46,840 nucleotides of DNA, from positions 1-46,840 of the forward strand of contig CAJGDE010000002.1 in assembly GCA_904502135.1 (NCBI GenBank), written 5' to 3'. Positions 1 through 8,840 of the stretch are shown piece after piece (the first letter of the stretch is position 1; each line of letters begins with the position of its first letter). A model generated the notes under the pieces. That model made no database searches and was not told where the DNA came from. It worked only from the letters and a program-made list of their open reading frames with translations. Position numbers and translations under genes: made by a program. This DNA is from Kiritimatiellia bacterium (GTDB lineage Bacteria > Verrucomicrobiota > Kiritimatiellia > RFP12 > UBA1067).

Positions 1-93
1 AAAATAAATTTTCATAGGGTTTTATTGGGCTTTTTTGAAAATTGGGATAAATCACCCCAGAAAAAGTGGGATAAGGGTGAAAAAATTACCCCC

Positions 94-123
94 TTGCACG
101 TTAAGCGTCATTTTTGATATAAT
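94..123 (+). promoter_or_regulatory. Sigma70-type promoter of the rpmJ...rpsU operon
   Basis: -35 TTGCAC at 94-99, an 18-nt spacer, and a TG-extended -10 TGATATAAT at 115-123. An A/T-rich tract lies upstream (1-90). The architecture (CCCCCTTGC, 18-nt spacer, TGATATAAT) is almost the same as the tRNA promoter at 46491-46520. Confidence 0.6.
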
Positions 124-162
124 ATACGCTCATTCGACCACTCAAAAGAGTAAATAACAACC

Positions 163-276
163 ATGAAAGTACGTAGTTCCGTTCGTCGCATATGCGAGAA
201 CTGCCGCATCATCCGCCGTAAAGGCGTGGTGCGCGTGATCTGCACCAACCCGCGCCACAAACAGCGTCAGGGTTAA
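163..276 (+). CDS. rpmJ: 50S ribosomal protein L36
   Basis: Not in the ORF track because it is under 60 aa. ATG at 163, TAA at 274-276. Translation is [37 protein letters not shown] (37 aa) with the C-x2-C...C-x4-H zinc-ribbon pattern of L36. It lies directly upstream of rpsM, as in the conserved operon. Confidence 0.95.
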   Translation: MKVRSSVRRICENCRIIRRKGVVRVICTNPRHKQRQG

Positions 277-302
277 GAAAGATAAAAAGAGGTAAAACAA
301 CT

Positions 303-683
303 ATGCCTAGAATGATGGGTGTGGACATTCCGGGAAAGAAGCATATACGTTATGCTCTCCGTTATATCCACGGTATCGGGCCAAAACGCGCTGATGATGT
401 TTTGGCGGCTTGCAATGTCGACCCGATGAAGAAGGCCGACGACGTGACTCAGGAAGAAATTCACTCCCTGACTACGTACATCCAAGATCACTTCCGTGTT
501 GAGGGTGACCTTCGCCGTGAAGTTTCTCAGAATATCCGCCGTTTGATCCAGATTGGTTCGTACCGCGGTCTTAGGCACAAGAAGGGGCTTCCCGTGCGTG
601 GTCAGCGCACTAAGACGAACGCCCGCACCCGCAAGGGTGGCAAGCGCGTTTCGATCGCAATGCCCAAGCAGGCCGGTCGCTAA
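303..683 (+). CDS. rpsM: 30S ribosomal protein S13
   Basis: The 126-aa ORF starts MPRMMGVDIPGKKHIRYALRYIHGIGPKRA and ends in a basic tail, as S13 does. Conserved position between rpmJ and rpsK. Confidence 0.97.
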   Translation: MPRMMGVDIPGKKHIRYALRYIHGIGPKRADDVLAACNVDPMKKADDVTQEEIHSLTTYIQDHFRVEGDLRREVSQNIRRLIQIGSYRGLRHKKGLPVRGQRTKTNARTRKGGKRVSIAMPKQAGR

Positions 684-705
684 TCGTTAGAGAGGATTCT
701 TTACA

Positions 706-1155
706 ATGAGCGAAGAAATTAAGAATGATGTCGCCCCTGCGGCCGTTGCCGCTGATGGAGCCGCTCCCGCGGCCGAGGGTGAAGCTACTGCGAAGAAGCG
801 CGGCAAGTCTATTCCTGCCGGCATAGCTTTTATTCGTAGCACTTTTAACAATACGCAGGTTTCTATTGCCGATGCACGCGGCGGTGTTATTTCTTGGAGC
901 TCGGCTGGTAAGGCTGGTTTCAAGGGTAGCCGCAAGTCAACCGCATTTGCCGCCACTATGGTAGCGCAAGATGCTGCTCGCGTTGCTGTCGCCAAGGGCA
1001 TGCATGAATGCGAAGTTAGAATGCAGGGCGCTGGCGCCGGTCGTGAGTCGGCTGTACGCGCTATTCAGGCCGCCGGCATTCGTGTTACTCAAATCACCGA
1101 TACGACGCCGGTTCCGCACAATGGTTGCCGCGCCCGTAAGCGCAGGAGGGTCTAA
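706..1155 (+). CDS. rpsK: 30S ribosomal protein S11, with an Ala-rich N-terminal extension of about 25 aa
   Basis: S11 core motifs are present ([43 protein letters not shown]). Conserved position. Confidence 0.97.
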   Translation: MSEEIKNDVAPAAVAADGAAPAAEGEATAKKRGKSIPAGIAFIRSTFNNTQVSIADARGGVISWSSAGKAGFKGSRKSTAFAATMVAQDAARVAVAKGMHECEVRMQGAGAGRESAVRAIQAAGIRVTQITDTTPVPHNGCRARKRRRV

Positions 1156-1157
1156 TT

Positions 1158-1787
1158 ATGGGTCGTTACACTGGTCCCGTTTGTCGTTTGTGCCGCCGCG
1201 AAGGGCAGAAGCTCTTCCTCAAGGGCGCACGTTGCTATATGGCTAAGTGCCCAATCGAACAGGGTACGGGCGCTCCCGGCATGCATGTCGGCCGTCGTGC
1301 TCGCAAGATGTCTGAATACGGCACGCAGCTTCGTCAGAAGCAGTCTCTGCGTCGTCAGTACGGTATGGGCGAGCTTCAGTTCCGCCGCTTCTTCCAGGAG
1401 GCTCTTCGTAAAGAAGGTATTACCGGTGAGCTCCTTCTCCAGCAGCTCGAAATGCGCTTGGATAATATCGTCTATCGTCTCGGCATCGCTCCGAGCCGTC
1501 GCGCAGCCCGTCAGTTCGTCCTTCATGGGCACATTGAGGTTAATGGTCGCAAGGCCGCTATTCCTTCAATGATCGTCAATGTCGGCGATGTCGTCGCTGT
1601 TAAGGATAATGCGAAGTCCAAAGATGCCGCATCCCGCAGCGTTGAGGCCGCCACCGGCGCTCAGTTGCCTGTATGGATGCAGTTTGACAAGACGAATCTC
1701 AAGGCTGAGGTTCTTGCCGTTCCCACGCGTGAGCAGATCGCTCCGATCGTTGACGAACAGGCCATCGTCGAATTGTACTCGCGTTAA
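1158..1787 (+). CDS. rpsD: 30S ribosomal protein S4
   Basis: MGRYTGPVCRLCRREGQKLFLKG N-terminus and an S4 RNA-binding domain (LDNIVYRLGIAPSRRAARQFVLHGHIEVNG). Starts 2 nt after the rpsK stop. Confidence 0.97.
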   Translation: MGRYTGPVCRLCRREGQKLFLKGARCYMAKCPIEQGTGAPGMHVGRRARKMSEYGTQLRQKQSLRRQYGMGELQFRRFFQEALRKEGITGELLLQQLEMRLDNIVYRLGIAPSRRAARQFVLHGHIEVNGRKAAIPSMIVNVGDVVAVKDNAKSKDAASRSVEAATGAQLPVWMQFDKTNLKAEVLAVPTREQIAPIVDEQAIVELYSR

Positions 1788-1824
1788 TATAACGTTTAAC
1801 ATTTATTTTCAAGGGAGATAAGTT

Positions 1825-2823
1825 ATGCCTATCCGTTTGAGCCGCTTTGAAATGCCCACGAAAGTCCAGGTGGATGAATCAACGAAGAGCGCGAATTACG
1901 CTCGTTTCGTTGCGGAGCCTTTCGAAATCGGCTATGCGAGAACCATCGGTAACTCGCTCAGGCGCGTTCTCCTCTCGTCGATCGAAGGCGCGGCTATCAC
2001 GTCTGTCAAGATTCGCGGCGTAAATCATGAGTTTTCCTCGATTAGAGGTTGCACGGAAGATGTCACTGACATCATCCTCAACCTCAAGCGGGTTCTTTTG
2101 AAGACTCCCTCGCGCGAGAATATGACGCTTACGCTTAAGGCTCAGGGGCCTTGCACGGTTTACGCCGGTGACTTCGCCAACGAGAATAGCGTTGAGGTTT
2201 TGAATCCTCGCCAGGAAATCTGCACTCTTGATGTTGACGGTACGCTCGAAATGGAGTGTGACGTCAAGACCGGGCGCGGTTTCTGTCTCGCTGACGGCAA
2301 TAAAAAGCCTGATCAGGAAATCGGAAAGATTGCGATCGATTCGATTTTCTCGCCTGTCACGCGTTGTAACTTCCTCGTGGAGAATACCCGCGTAGGCCAG
2401 CGCACTGACTACGAGAAGCTCATTCTTGACATTTGGACCGACGGGCGTATCGATCCGGAAATGGCTCTCAAGACTGCCAGCGCTGTTCTTCGTAGCCACA
2501 TCGACGTGTTTGTCGATGACGACGGCGACGAAGCGCTTGAGTTTGTCGATAGCGATGCTAAGGATGCCAACGAGAGAGAGAGATTGCGCAAGCTTCTTAA
2601 TATGTCGGTTAACGAAATCGAATTGAGCGTCAGAGCGGCTAACTGCCTTAACTATGCGAACATTTCGACTGTCGGAGAACTCGCTTCAAAGACCGAGGCT
2701 GATATGCTTAAGTATCGCAACTTCGGCAAGAAGTCGTTGACCGAGATTAAGGCCAAGCTCGTTCAGCTCGGCTTGTCGCTTGGGTACAAGTTTGATCCAG
2801 ATCTCCTCGAGAGCAAGAAATAA
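1825..2823 (+). CDS. rpoA: DNA-directed RNA polymerase subunit alpha
   Basis: 332 aa. N-terminal domain motif (ARFVAEPFEIGYARTIGNSLRRVLLSSIEGAAITSV) and C-terminal HhH domain (ELSVRAANCLNYANISTVGEL). GGGAG Shine-Dalgarno (SD) sequence upstream. Confidence 0.97.
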   Translation: MPIRLSRFEMPTKVQVDESTKSANYARFVAEPFEIGYARTIGNSLRRVLLSSIEGAAITSVKIRGVNHEFSSIRGCTEDVTDIILNLKRVLLKTPSRENMTLTLKAQGPCTVYAGDFANENSVEVLNPRQEICTLDVDGTLEMECDVKTGRGFCLADGNKKPDQEIGKIAIDSIFSPVTRCNFLVENTRVGQRTDYEKLILDIWTDGRIDPEMALKTASAVLRSHIDVFVDDDGDEALEFVDSDAKDANERERLRKLLNMSVNEIELSVRAANCLNYANISTVGELASKTEADMLKYRNFGKKSLTEIKAKLVQLGLSLGYKFDPDLLESKK

Positions 2824-2842
2824 GAATTAGGAGTTTAAGACT

Positions 2843-3250
2843 ATGCGTCATCAAAGAGTTATGAAAAAGTTCGGGCGCTCTACCGCCCATCGCACAATGC
2901 TTATGAAGAGCCTTGTGACGAACCTCATTCTCGCGGAGTCAATCAAGACGACCCTGCCCAAGGCTAAGGAAGCGCGCAAGGATGCTGACAAGATCGTTAC
3001 GGTCGCCAAGAAGGGCGATCTCTCGGCTCGTCGCTTGGCCGCCAGCCGTCTTACCGAGCCCAAGGCCGTCCAGAAGCTCTTCGACAAAATCGCCCCTGCG
3101 ATGAAAGATCGTAAAGGTGGCTACACGCGCATCGTTAAGCTTGGCGCCCGTAAGGGTGACGCCGCTGAGATGTGCATCCTCCAGTGGGTTATGCCTGAAG
3201 CGGCAGCTCCCGCTGCTGAGGCTAAAGAGCCGGCGAAGGAGGTGAAGTGA
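2843..3250 (+). CDS. rplQ: 50S ribosomal protein L17
   Basis: MRHQRVMKKFGRSTAHRTMLMKSLVTNLI...GGYTRIVKLGARKGDAAEM is typical L17. An Ala/Glu/Lys-rich C-terminal tail is present. Follows rpoA as usual. Confidence 0.95.
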   Translation: MRHQRVMKKFGRSTAHRTMLMKSLVTNLILAESIKTTLPKAKEARKDADKIVTVAKKGDLSARRLAASRLTEPKAVQKLFDKIAPAMKDRKGGYTRIVKLGARKGDAAEMCILQWVMPEAAAPAAEAKEPAKEVK

Positions 3251-3453
3251 TGGCTATCCAACTCAAACTGAAAAAGGGTGAGTCGGTCGAGCGCGGTCTT
3301 AAGCGCATGAAGAAGATTATGGATAAAGAAGGTCTTCTCAAAACGCTTCGCGATCAGCGCTATTTCGAAAAGCCTTGCGTAAAGGCCCGTAAGAAATCAG
3401 CTCGTGCTCGCATCCGTATGCGTTCACGCCGCGGTCGTATGGAGCTCAACTGA
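3250..3453 (+). CDS. rpsU: 30S ribosomal protein S21
   Basis: Small basic protein MAIQLKLKKGESVERGLKRMKKIMDKEGLLKTLRDQRYFEKPCVKARKKS... matches the S21 pattern. I prefer the ATG at 3250, which overlaps the rplQ TGA as TGATG, with AAGGAGGTG at 3236-3244. The ORF track starts 3 nt earlier at a GTG. Confidence 0.9.
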   Translation: MAIQLKLKKGESVERGLKRMKKIMDKEGLLKTLRDQRYFEKPCVKARKKSARARIRMRSRRGRMELN

Positions 3454-3475
3454 TATAGAGCTTCAGCGCAGAAAA

Positions 3476-3507
3476 ACGCCACCTCGTTTCGGGTGGCGTT
3501 TTTTTTT
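3476..3507 (+). terminator. Rho-independent terminator of the ribosomal protein operon
   Basis: Perfect 8-bp stem ACGCCACC (3476-3483) / GGTGGCGT (3492-3499), an 8-nt loop, and a run of about 9 T immediately after. Lies 23 nt after the rpsU stop. Confidence 0.85.
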
Positions 3508-3527
3508 GTCATATCTACTTTAAGCAG

Positions 3528-3557
3528 TTGCATTTGAGGGCGATAATATAGTATAAT
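3528..3557 (+). promoter_or_regulatory. Promoter of the TPR/ExbBD/Lol operon
   Basis: TTGCAT at 3528-3533, an 18-nt spacer, TATAAT at 3552-3557. Only 10 nt separate the -10 from the ATG at 3568, and there is no SD. Confidence 0.5.
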
Positions 3558-3567
3558 CATATACATC

Positions 3568-6500
3568 ATGACATTCAAGGGTTTAACCATTTTATCACTG
3601 ACGACTCTGGCGTCGTTCGCTGCCTTTCCTCAAGAGGCTGGCGACAGTGCCGAAGCACCGCCGCCGGAGAATCCAGAACTCAAGGCAGAAATTGCCTACG
3701 TCGAGGCTTTGATAGCCAACGCCTATCCGGATTTCGCTGCTCCCATAATAGAGGCGACAAAGAAAAAGTGGCCTGAAAGCGAAGCTGTCTTTTTTGCTTT
3801 GGAAGTGCGAGGAATGCTCGCGCTCGGTCAGTTTGAGGCGGCTGAAAAATTGATCGCCTCTCTTCCCGACAGAAAAAGCGTCAAGTTCTGGACGGCCAGG
3901 CTTGAGGTCGCTAACAGCCATTACGCCCGCGGACAGATGCAGGAGTGCATGAAGATATATGATGAATTCTTCGTGACGTTCCCAAAACCGCCGAAAGAAA
4001 TATTTGAGTTTTATATGAACGCGTGTTTCACGTACGGGCAGTTGCTTGTGCGCGATAACCGTTTTGAAAAAGCCGCTGAGGCTTACGAAAAGGTTTTGCC
4101 TTCTCTGAAAGGCGAGGCGTGGCTTAATCTTGCGGTTGAAACGGCTGAAATATACATACGCCTTGCCGAAAGCCTTGACGATTTGTCCAAGCGCAAGAAA
4201 TTCCTGCAGTCAGCCGAGGCTATCGTAAACAAGCTTTTGTGGCGTACTGATAAGCCCGTCATCTTCGGCCGCGCCGTTTCCATGAAGGCTCATATCGCGC
4301 AGTTAGGCGGCGATATCGAGAGAGCGAACAAAACGATTGAGGAGCATATTGGAGACCTTGAATCGATTCATGCTCAGATCCTCGAGGTTGATCCTGACGG
4401 CAAATATGGTCTATTGAGAATGTCGCCGCTTCCTCAGTGCCGTTATCTTCAGGCGAAGATGCTTTGGCAGGAGGCGAAAAAACTTTTCGCGACAAAATCT
4501 TCCGCGAGCGACAAGAAGGCTGTCGATGAAAAAATTAAAGATCTCATGTTCGGGCCTCGTGTTAAAGGAAAGCGTCAGGGTTCGCGGGCAGCTTTCAATA
4601 TAGCCACGACCGTGTTTTTGAAATATGAGACTTCCGTCTGGGCGCCTGAGGCGGGAGAACTTTCCGACGAGATTCGCGAGTTCGCCCAAAAGCAGTACGG
4701 CGCCAACATCAAGACAAAGGTTTCCAAAGAGCAGCTCGCCAAGGTGCGCGCGGCGCAATTCAAGTCCGCATGGGAGCTTTTCAATTCTGGCGATTATCTT
4801 AAATCGATCGACGCTTACTTTGAGGTCCTTTCAAAATATCCTGAAAAGCCCGAGTCCGTTGCGGCTGTTGAAAATATAGTGAACTCTTATCTCGATCTCG
4901 TGGTAGAGGCGAAAAGCGAGGAACTGAAAGAAGAGTACCGCATGAATGCGGATGCCGTTTCGGGGTATTTGGCCGAAAGATTCTCTGGTAATGAAGATAA
5001 GGTTATCGTCTCGGAGGCCGGCAACGCCGTTTTGCGCATTGCCGCTAAAGAGGCCGAGCGCAAGCAGAATGACCGCGCCGAGGCGCTTTATGTTCAGTTT
5101 ATTTCTAACTTTAGGTCTCATCCCGTCGCGTCTTCTCTTGCGATGAAAAAAGCGATGGAGTATAAAGAAAAAGAGAATTACTCCGAGGCCATCAGATTTT
5201 TCGGTTTGATTACGCAGTATTACACCAATACCATTCATTACGCCCCGTCTCTTCAGCAGCTTTCCTATTGCCACGGCAAGCTTGGCAACAAAAAGGAAGA
5301 GATTGATTACATGATTTCATATCTGGACGTAGAGACGGTGAAAATCCGCAGGCTTCAGGGCCAGTTCAATCTTGCTCAGATGTACCGTAAGGACGGCGAA
5401 GATATTCTTAACAGCGCCGAGACTAACGCTACGCCAGAAGAAATCGAACTTCAGGAGCGTCGCGGCACGGCTCAGATCATCCTTGCGGTCAAGCAGTTCA
5501 ACCTGTTTTCGGATCAGTCCAAGGCGGCGCTCAACGATCCCGCAACGCCTGAATCAGACCGCGTAAGTTACCGCGCTCTTCACGAAGGAGCGCTGTTTAT
5601 GATCGGCGAATGCTGGAGCCGTATGAAACGCCCCGAGAAGTATCTAAAGATGTATCGCGAACGCGCCGCCGGATGCTACGAGAATTACGTCAAAGAATAC
5701 CCTGAAGGCAAATATGCCAAAACAGGGTTCGTAAAACTCGGAATGATCTATACCGCTCTTGGCGAAGCCGCGAAATCCAAAGACGCCCTTGACCGTCTTT
5801 CCCGCAACTTCCCGGATTCCGACGAGGCGAAAAACGCTAAACCGCGTCTGGCAAAGAGCCTTATTGAAATCGGCATGCGTGAAGAGGGCACTCAGATTTA
5901 TGCCGAGATGCTCCGTACGGACGGCTCGTATTCCGCATATCAATTCCTTAATGCAGGCGAGGCTCTTATTCAGGCGAAGAGCTGGGATCTCGCAAACCAG
6001 GCGTTTGAAAAAGCTATACGCTTAGCAGGCACAAATTCAATCACTACTGTCGCCCGCTCGCGTCTCGGTCAGGCGAAGTGCGCCTGGAAAGAAGGCTCTT
6101 ACGCTCAGGCGAGAGAATCTTTAGACCTCTTCCTGGCGGATGAAAAGATGTCGCGTCTGGCTATCGCCGCTGACGCCAATTTCATGCTTGTTGAAGTGGC
6201 GAGTGAACAGGGCAGAGTCGAGAAAGACAAGAAGTTGAGAGGCCAGTATTTCGGCGATGCTATCAAAGCCTTGAGAAAGGTCCGTCAGTATTGGGGCAAG
6301 AAGCCTCGCTGGGAGCAGGATTCCCTTGAGCTTCTTTCAGGCGACGTTCTTGTAGATCGTATGAAGGCCGAAGAATCGATGGGGCTTAAGGAAGAGGCTT
6401 TGGAGACCTGCGGCCGTGCGGCTTCGACATTCCAGGTATTCCTTCAGAGCCATCCCATTACAGAGGAGCGTCCGATCGACAAATGGGAGAGCGGAGAAGT

Positions 6501-6705
6501 GGCCAACCTCGAAAGAGCTTATTCGTCTATGATACCGTTGTTCAGTCTTATGGGCGCGCAGCAGGCGGACAGAGTTATCAAGTATGGTGAAGAGTATATG
6601 AAGCTCTTCCCTGAGGGCAAATCAAAAACACTGATTGCCAACTGTATAAACAAAGCCAAGGCAGATTTGCCGTCGGAAAAACCGGTTTCCCAAGAAGGAG
6701 AATAA
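3568..6705 (+). CDS. Large secreted TPR-repeat protein (YbgF/CpoB-like repeats)
   Basis: 1045 aa. Signal-peptide-like N-terminus (MTFKGLTILSLTTLASFAAFPQE). All-helical repeat composition with recurring motifs such as FEVLSKYPEKPES, YVKEYPEGKYAKTGFVKLGMIY and LSRNFPDSDEAKNA, which resemble TPR/YbgF repeats. The domain call rests on pattern recognition only. Confidence 0.75.
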   Translation: MTFKGLTILSLTTLASFAAFPQEAGDSAEAPPPENPELKAEIAYVEALIANAYPDFAAPIIEATKKKWPESEAVFFALEVRGMLALGQFEAAEKLIASLPDRKSVKFWTARLEVANSHYARGQMQECMKIYDEFFVTFPKPPKEIFEFYMNACFTYGQLLVRDNRFEKAAEAYEKVLPSLKGEAWLNLAVETAEIYIRLAESLDDLSKRKKFLQSAEAIVNKLLWRTDKPVIFGRAVSMKAHIAQLGGDIERANKTIEEHIGDLESIHAQILEVDPDGKYGLLRMSPLPQCRYLQAKMLWQEAKKLFATKSSASDKKAVDEKIKDLMFGPRVKGKRQGSRAAFNIATTVFLKYETSVWAPEAGELSDEIREFAQKQYGANIKTKVSKEQLAKVRAAQFKSAWELFNSGDYLKSIDAYFEVLSKYPEKPESVAAVENIVNSYLDLVVEAKSEELKEEYRMNADAVSGYLAERFSGNEDKVIVSEAGNAVLRIAAKEAERKQNDRAEALYVQFISNFRSHPVASSLAMKKAMEYKEKENYSEAIRFFGLITQYYTNTIHYAPSLQQLSYCHGKLGNKKEEIDYMISYLDVETVKIRRLQGQFNLAQMYRKDGEDILNSAETNATPEEIELQERRGTAQIILAVKQFNLFSDQSKAALNDPATPESDRVSYRALHEGALFMIGECWSRMKRPEKYLKMYRERAAGCYENYVKEYPEGKYAKTGFVKLGMIYTALGEAAKSKDALDRLSRNFPDSDEAKNAKPRLAKSLIEIGMREEGTQIYAEMLRTDGSYSAYQFLNAGEALIQAKSWDLANQAFEKAIRLAGTNSITTVARSRLGQAKCAWKEGSYAQARESLDLFLADEKMSRLAIAADANFMLVEVASEQGRVEKDKKLRGQYFGDAIKALRKVRQYWGKKPRWEQDSLELLSGDVLVDRMKAEESMGLKEEALETCGRAASTFQVFLQSHPITEERPIDKWESGEVANLERAYSSMIPLFSLMGAQQADRVIKYGEEYMKLFPEGKSKTLIANCINKAKADLPSEKPVSQEGE

Positions 6706-6708
6706 AGA

Positions 6709-7479
6709 ATGACAAAACCATTGATAGTTGCACTGGCAGCTCTTGCCTCAGTTGAATTATGGGCGCTTCCAGGAGTTCTAACGACAGAATCAGAAACTCT
6801 TAAGGGCGACATAAAGTGGCGCGCCAGAACAAAGCAGTACATTATTTCCGTAAAGAAGGGAACTACGATGGTAGACCTTGAGCGCAATCTTGCAGATGTG
6901 GTTTCGCTCGAGCTTCCTAAGCCCGCGGGATATGACAGAGCCGTTCAGCAGGTTGAAGCCAATCAAGGGGCTATGGCCATATCGGTTTTGTCAAAAATAG
7001 TTAGCGACTACCGGATGCTTCAGTGGGATAAACCCGCCGGGCGTTATCTTGCTATGGCGTATATTTCCGCCGATCAGCCTCAGAAAGCTTTGGAAGTCTG
7101 CGAAAAGATCATTTCGGAAGACAAGGCAGCGGCGTGGTCGGGTGAGCTTGCTTCCGCTTATTGGCAGGCACTCATGAGACTTGGAAAAACAGAGAAACTT
7201 CAAGGTCTTCTCAATAAGGCCGCCTCAAGCGGCAGCCGACAGGCTTCGGCCGCGGCTCTTGTCATGCGCGGCGACATCATCATCGCCGCCGCCAACGGCG
7301 CTCCCGACAAGCTTAAGGAAGCTCTTCGCGACGCATATCTCAGAGTAGCGCTCATGTACAACGACGAAGAGTGCGTCCGCGAACGCTCCGAGGCGATGCT
7401 CAAGGCGGCTTCCTGCTTTGAGAAGCTTGGGCAGACGGCTCGCGCCGAAAAACTTAAATCGCAGGCTAAAGCTCTTTAA
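6709..7479 (+). CDS. Secreted protein with a TPR-like C-terminal half
   Basis: 256 aa. AAGGAG SD upstream, starts 3 nt after the previous stop, hydrophobic N-terminus. The helical Ala-rich C-terminal half (e.g. LRVALMYNDEECVRERSEAMLKAASCFEKLGQTARAEKL) looks TPR-like. Confidence 0.65.
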   Translation: MTKPLIVALAALASVELWALPGVLTTESETLKGDIKWRARTKQYIISVKKGTTMVDLERNLADVVSLELPKPAGYDRAVQQVEANQGAMAISVLSKIVSDYRMLQWDKPAGRYLAMAYISADQPQKALEVCEKIISEDKAAAWSGELASAYWQALMRLGKTEKLQGLLNKAASSGSRQASAAALVMRGDIIIAAANGAPDKLKEALRDAYLRVALMYNDEECVRERSEAMLKAASCFEKLGQTARAEKLKSQAKAL

Positions 7480-7518
7480 TACTAATTTATTATATCACTT
7501 AGAAAGGCAGATAATAAA

Positions 7519-8337
7519 ATGAATAAACTCAGAAAATCAATGTTGGCGGCCGCAGTGTTGGTCGGTACTTGTGTAGCTCCCATGGCGGCTATGCAGTCTT
7601 TTGGACAGGAGTTGACGGACGCAAACGGCAATGTTGTTTCAGATAACGCAGCGCAGACGACCAAATCCAGCGGCGGCTTTTATGAAATCGTTTTCGGCTC
7701 TGGTATAGTAGGTATGCTTTTGTGGTTTGCGCTTTTCGGTGACGGCGCAATGGCAATTTATTTTTCAATCGACTCTTCAATTCTCATCAAGCCCGATAAA
7801 CTCATTCCTAAGCGTCTTATGGATGGTGTTCAGGCCGCGATGGCCGAGGGTGATGTGGTAAAAGCCATGGAGGTTTGTCAGCAGAATCCTTCCGCGATGG
7901 CTTCTATCGTCATGGCTGCGTTCCAGCACATTGAGGAGGGTTTTGAGGCGATACAGGAAGCAGTCAACGCAGCCTCCGATCTCGAACAGGAGAAAATCCA
8001 GCAGCGTCTCAACTGGATTTCCGTTTGCGGAAACTTAGGACCTTCCCTTGGCCTTCTCGGTACGGTGCAAGGTATGATTTTGACGTTCCAAGCGCTTGCT
8101 TCCGGTGGTGCCGGCGATGCTGCGGCGCTCGCTAACTCGATTGGTCAGGCGCTTTGGACGACGGCTGGCGGTCTTATCGTTTCAATTCCGTCAATTACGG
8201 TTTTCTATTCGCTTCGCAATAAAGCCAACAGACTTATTCTCAAAATGATGGCGATGACGATGGAGATCTTGAACGGTCTTAGAAACGTCGCGGTTGAAGG
8301 TGACGGCGAAATGCCGATGGAAGAGGTACAGGCTTAA
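7519..8337 (+). CDS. exbB: MotA/TolQ/ExbB proton-channel family protein
   Basis: 272 aa. Signal-like N-terminus followed by three hydrophobic segments. Family signature region: GNLGPSLGLLGTVQGMILTFQAL...IGQALWTTAGGLIVSIPSITVFY. Confidence 0.9.
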   Translation: MNKLRKSMLAAAVLVGTCVAPMAAMQSFGQELTDANGNVVSDNAAQTTKSSGGFYEIVFGSGIVGMLLWFALFGDGAMAIYFSIDSSILIKPDKLIPKRLMDGVQAAMAEGDVVKAMEVCQQNPSAMASIVMAAFQHIEEGFEAIQEAVNAASDLEQEKIQQRLNWISVCGNLGPSLGLLGTVQGMILTFQALASGGAGDAAALANSIGQALWTTAGGLIVSIPSITVFYSLRNKANRLILKMMAMTMEILNGLRNVAVEGDGEMPMEEVQA

Positions 8338-8341
8338 GATT

Positions 8342-8839
8342 ATGGCCAAAAAGGCGCAAGAAAATCCCGCTCTCGACATGACGCCGATGATCGACGTCGT
8401 GTTCGAGCTCATCATCTTTTTCGTTGTAACGCTTGTTGAGGCGCAGAAGAAAGATGAGACGATCGAACTCGAAGACGGGCAGCATGGAATCGTGCTCGTG
8501 CCGGAGGAGTTACCCCCGACGCACATGCAGATTGACATAGGCCTCGTGCAGAAGGGGCCTAACCGCGGCAAGGCGAGAATTTCCATGGGTGATAGAGAAA
8601 TCACGCCCGATGAGATTTCTCGCCGAGTCAAAGAACGTATGCGCAAGGTCGGCGAGTTTCCCGTGATGATTCGCGCAGACTTCCAAGTGCCGCATGCGGC
8701 AGTTGCTAAAGTGATGAACGCTTGCACGGCGGCAGGACTATGGAAAATTTCCTTTATGGCCGTAGGCGAGGATAGAACATCCAAGCCTGGAGCTCCCGGG
8801 CGCAAGCGCTTAGCGGCTTTGAAGAGGAGGAGTAAGTAA
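8342..8839 (+). CDS. exbD: Biopolymer transport protein ExbD/TolR, paralogue 1 (long periplasmic part)
   Basis: Start chosen at ATG 8342 (MAKKAQENPALDMTPMIDVVFELIIFFVV), 4 nt after the exbB stop. The track ORF start at 8294 overlaps exbB. The TM helix carries the conserved Asp, typical of ExbD/TolR. Confidence 0.85.
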   Translation: MAKKAQENPALDMTPMIDVVFELIIFFVVTLVEAQKKDETIELEDGQHGIVLVPEELPPTHMQIDIGLVQKGPNRGKARISMGDREITPDEISRRVKERMRKVGEFPVMIRADFQVPHAAVAKVMNACTAAGLWKISFMAVGEDRTSKPGAPGRKRLAALKRRSK

Positions 8840-8840
8840 A

